From Eledone cirrhosa (taxonomy: Eukaryota), in contig CAXHJY010001152.1 in the NCBI GenBank assembly GCA_964016885.1, positions 1-64,000 of the forward strand: a stretch of DNA of 64,000 nt, read 5' to 3'. Shown one piece after another: positions 59,101 through 64,000 of the stretch. Each line of letters starts with the position of its first letter. Position 1 is the stretch's first letter. Under the pieces are notes generated by a model. It was not told where the DNA came from and did no database searches. It saw only the letters and a list, made by a program, of their open reading frames with translations. Made by a program: the position numbers and the translations under genes.

Positions 59101-62100
59101 TGACACTAAAATGGCTAAAACAGCAACATAAATGATTAAAATGACACTAAAATGGCTAAAACGGCAACATAAATGCATAAAATGACTACAAAAAGCATTA
59201 TAAAGGACTAAAATGACTCTAAAATGTCTAAAACGGCATCATAAATGACTAAAATGACTCTAAAATGGGTAAAACGGCATGACAAATGTCTTAAATGACC
59301 CTAAAATGGCTATAAACAGCATCATAAATGACTAGAATTACTCTAAAATGGCTAAAATGACTCTAAAATGTCTAAAACAGCATCATAAATGACTAAAATG
59401 ACACTAAAATGGCTAAAACGGCATCATAGATCACTAAATTGACACTAAAATGGCTAAAACGGCAACATAAATGCATAAAATGACTTCAAAAAGCATTATA
59501 AAGGACTAAAATGACTTTAAAATGGCTAAAACGGCATCATAAATCACTAATTTAACTATAAAATGGCTATAAACAGCGTAATGATGACTAGAATTACTCT
59601 AAAATGGCTAAAATGACACTAAAATGTCTAAAACGGCATCATAAATGACTAAAATGGGTAAAACGGCATCATAAATGTCTTAAATGACCCGAAAATGGCT
59701 ATAAACCGCATCATAAATGACTAGAATTACTCTAAAATGGCTAAAATGACTCTAAAAGTCTAAAACGGAATCATAGACTAAAATGACACTCAAATTGGTA
59801 AAACGGCATCATAAATGATTTAAATGACCCTAAAATGGCTAAAACAGCATCATAAATTACTAAAATGGTCCTAAAATGACTAAAACGGCAACATAAAGTA
59901 TTGAAATGACCCTAAAATGGATGAAATGGCATCATAAATCACTCATTTAACCATAAAATGGCTAAAACGGCATCATAAATCACTAATTTGACACTAAAAT
60001 GGCTATAAATAGCATCATAAATGACTAGAATTACACTAAAATGGCTTACATGACTCTAAAATGTCTAAAATGGCATCATAAATGACTAAAATGACACTAA
60101 AATTCGTAAAACGGCATCATAAATGATTTAAATGACCCTAAAATGGCTAAAACACCATCATAAATCACTAAAATGACTCTAAAGTGCATAAAACGGCATC
60201 ATAAAATACTAAAATGACTCTAAAATGACTATAAACTGAATCATAAACAACTAAAATTTCTACAAAATGGCTAAAATGACCCTAAAATAACTAAAAGGGC
60301 ACCATAAAGTATTAAAATGACCCTAAAATGGATAAAACGGCATCATAAATGACTAAAATGACACTAAAATGGCTAAAACGGCATCATAAATCACTAATTT
60401 AACCCTAAAATAGCTATAAACAGCATCATGAATGACTAGAATTACTCTAAAATGGCTAAAATGAGTCTAAAATGTCTAAAACGGCATCATAAATGACTAA
60501 AATGACACTAAAATGGCTAAAACGACATCATAAATCACTAATTTGACCCTAAAATAGCTAAAACGGCATCATAAATGAATAAAATAACCCAAATATTGCT
60601 GAAAACGCCATCATAAATGACAAAATGACGATAAACTGGATAAAACGGAATCATGAATGACTAAAACGACACAAAACTTGCTAAAACGGTCATGAAAGAC
60701 TAAAAGGACTCTAAAATGGCTAAATTGCCTCATAAATGAGTAAAATGACACTAAAATGGCTATAAACAGAATCATAAATGACTAAAATGATTCTAAAATG
60801 GTTAAAACGGCATCATAAATGAATAAAATGAGCCCAAAATTGCAGAAAACGCCATCATAAATGACAAAATGACTGTAAATGGCTAAAACTGCATTATAAA
60901 AGATTAAAATGAGACTGAAACGGCTAAAACGGCATCATAAATGACTAAAATGACTCTAAAATGTCTAAAAACTGCATCATAAATGAGTGAAATGACACTA
61001 AAATGGCTAAAACGGCATCATAAATCAATAAAATGACCCTAAAATGGAGAAAATGGCATCATAAAAGAGTAAAATTTCTAAAACGGCATCATAAAAGACT
61101 AAAATGAGTAAAACGGCATCATAAATGCGTAAAATAACTATAAACTGCATCGTAAATGACTAAAATGACTCTAAAATGGCTAAAACGGCATCATAAATGA
61201 ATAAAAATACCCCAAATTGCTGAAAACGCCATCATTACTGTCAAAATGGCTCTAAAATGGCTAAACCGGCACCATATATGATTAAATGACTCTAAAATGA
61301 ATAAAAACAGCATCATGAATGAATAAAATGACTCTAAAATGGCATCATGATTGACTAAAATAACTCTAAAATGGGTAAAACGGCATCATAAATGACTTAA
61401 ATTACCCTAAAATGGCTAAAACAGCATCATAAATCACTAAAATGACTCAAAAGTGGATAAAACGGCATCATAAAAGACTAAAATGACACTAAAATGGCTA
61501 AAACAGCATCATAAATTACTAAAATGGTACTAAAATGGCTAAAACGGCATTATAAATCACTAAAACAACACTAAAGTGGCTAAAACGGCATCATAAATGC
61601 ATAAAATGACTATAATAAGATATCATAAAGGACTAAAATTACTCTAAAATTGCTAAAATGACTCTAAAATGTCTGAAACGGCATCATAAATGACTAAAAT
61701 GACACTAAAATGGCTAAAACGGCAACATAAATGCATAAAATGACTATAAAAAGCATCATAAAGGACTAAAATTACTCTAGAATGGCTAAAATGACACTAA
61801 AATGGCTAAAACGGCAACATAAATGCATAAAATGACTATAAAAAGCATCATAAAGGACTAAAATTACTCTAGAATGGCTAAAATGACACTAAAATGGCTA
61901 AAACGGCAACATAAATGCATAAAATGACTATAAAAAGCATCATAAAGGACTAAAATTACTCTAGAATGGCTAAAATGACTCTAAAATGTCTAAAACGGCA
62001 TCATAAATGACTAAAATGACACTAAAATGGCTAAAACGGCATCATAAATCACTAAATTGACACTAAAATGGCTAAAACAGCATCATAAATGATTAAAATG

Positions 62101-64000
62101 ACACTAAAATGGCTAAAACGGTAAGATAAATGCATAAAATGACTACAAAAAGCATCATAAAGGACTAAAATTACTCTAAAATGGCTAAAACGGCATCATA
62201 AATCAGTAATTTAACCATAAAATGGCTATAAACAGCATCATAAATGACTAGAATTACTCTAAAATGGTTAAAATGACTCTAAAATGTCTAAAATGGCATC
62301 ATAAATCACTAAAACGACACTAAAATGGATAAAACGGCATCATAAAAACTAGAATGACTCTATAGTGGCTAAAACGGCATCATAAATAACTAAAATGATA
62401 CTAAAATGGCTAAAACAGCATCATAAATGATTAAAATAACACTAAAATGGCTAAAACGGCAACATAAATGCGTAAAATGACTCTAAAATGACTATAAAAA
62501 GCATCATAAAGGACTGAAATTACTCTGAAATGGCTAAAATAACCCTAAACGGCATCATAAAACGGCATCATAAAGAATTTAAATGACCCTAAAATGGATA
62601 AAACGGGATCATAAAGTATTAAAATGACCCTACAATGTATAAAACGGCATCATAAATGATTAAAATGACACTAAAATAGCTAAAACGGCATCATATATTA
62701 CTAATTTGACCCTAAAATGGCTATAAACAGCATCATAAATGACTAGAATGACTCTAAAATGGCTAAAATGACTCTAAAATGTCTGAAATGGCATGATAAA
62801 TGACGAAAATGACACTAAAATGGCTTAAACGGCATCATAAATCACTAAATTGACCCTAAAATGGCTAAAATGGCTAAAACGGCATCATGAAAGAATAAAA
62901 TGACCCATACATTGCTGAAAACGCCATCATAAATGACAAAATGACTCTAAAATAGATCAAACGGCATCATAGATGTTTAAAATGATTCTAAAATGGCATC
63001 ATGATTTACTAAAATTACTCTAAAATTGCTAAAACGGCATCATAAATGACTAAAACGACATCATAAAAGACTAAGAGCACTCTAAAATGGCTTAATTGCC
63101 TCATAAATGAGTAAAATGACACTAAAATGGCTAAAACGGCATCATAAATGAATAAAATGAGCCCAAAATTGCAGAAAACGCCATCATAAATGACAAAATG
63201 ACTGTAAATGGCTAAAACTGCATTATAAAATATTAAAATGAGAGTAAAACGACTAAAACGGCATCATAAATGACTAAAATGACTCTAAAATGTCTAAACA
63301 CTGCATCATGAATGAGTGAAATGACAATAAAATGGCTAAAACGGCATCATAAATCACTAAAATGACCCTAAAATGGAGTAAACGGCATCATAAAAGAGTA
63401 AAATGTCTAAAACGGCATCAAAAAAGACTAAAATGACTAAAACGGCATCATAAATGAATAAAATGACTATAAACAGCATCGTAAATGACTAAAAGGACTC
63501 TAAAATGGCTAAACCAGCACCATATATGACTAAAATGACTCTAAAATGGATACAAACCGCATCATAAATGAATAAAATGACTCTAAAATGTCATCATGAT
63601 TGACTAAAATGACTCTAAAATGGGTAAAACGGCATCATAAATGATTTAAATGACCCTAAAATGGCTAAATCAGCATCATAAATCACTAAAATGACTCTAA
63701 AGTGGATGAAACAGCATCATAAAAGATTAAAATAACTCTATAGTGGCTAAAACGGCATCATAAAAGACTAAAATGACACTAAAATGGCTAAAACGGCATC
63801 ATAAATAATTAAAATGACACTAAAATGGCTAAAACGGCAACATAAATGCGTATAATGACTCTAAAATGATTATAAACAGCATCATAAAGGACTAAAATTA
63901 CTCTAAAATGACTAAAATGACCCTAAAATGGATAAAAGGGAATCATAAAGTATTAAAATGACCATGAAATGCCTAAATCGGCATCATGAATGAATAAAAT
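56118..64000 (-). repeat. Same satellite in inverted orientation; homogeneous to ~59.7 kb, more diverged beyond
   Basis: gactaaaatgacactaaaatggctaaaacggcatcataaat is the reverse complement of the monomer. Confidence 0.97.

Noticed and set aside
23950-64000. CRISPR array or coding repeat
   Set aside because: No unique spacers, eukaryotic context and a stop-codon-rich repeat; it is tandem satellite.

Overview
Eukaryotic, AT-rich window with no credible protein-coding gene; every listed ORF is a translation of microsatellite or repeat sequence. The SINE types and microsatellite density suggest an octopod/cephalopod genome (inference). Positions 1-23.9 kb are a microsatellite desert containing tRNA-derived SINEs, one complete non-autonomous Helitron (13325-13831) and a foldback MITE (21393-21873). 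The same region holds at least 12 short (140-330 bp) elements from about 7 sequence families, all inserted in (TA)n. These carry type I hammerhead ribozyme (HHR) motifs, usually as a fold-back inverted repeat, and most have a one-sided tail that starts with a shared RCTC...GAGY hairpin. This looks like a non-autonomous Penelope-like/retrozyme-type system. Positions 23.95-64 kb are a ~41-bp-based satellite with kb-scale higher-order repeats and a clean strand inversion at 56117/56118. Its subunit and foldback layout resemble the 480-bp MITE just upstream. All structures were read by eye; nothing was folded, aligned or searched computationally.
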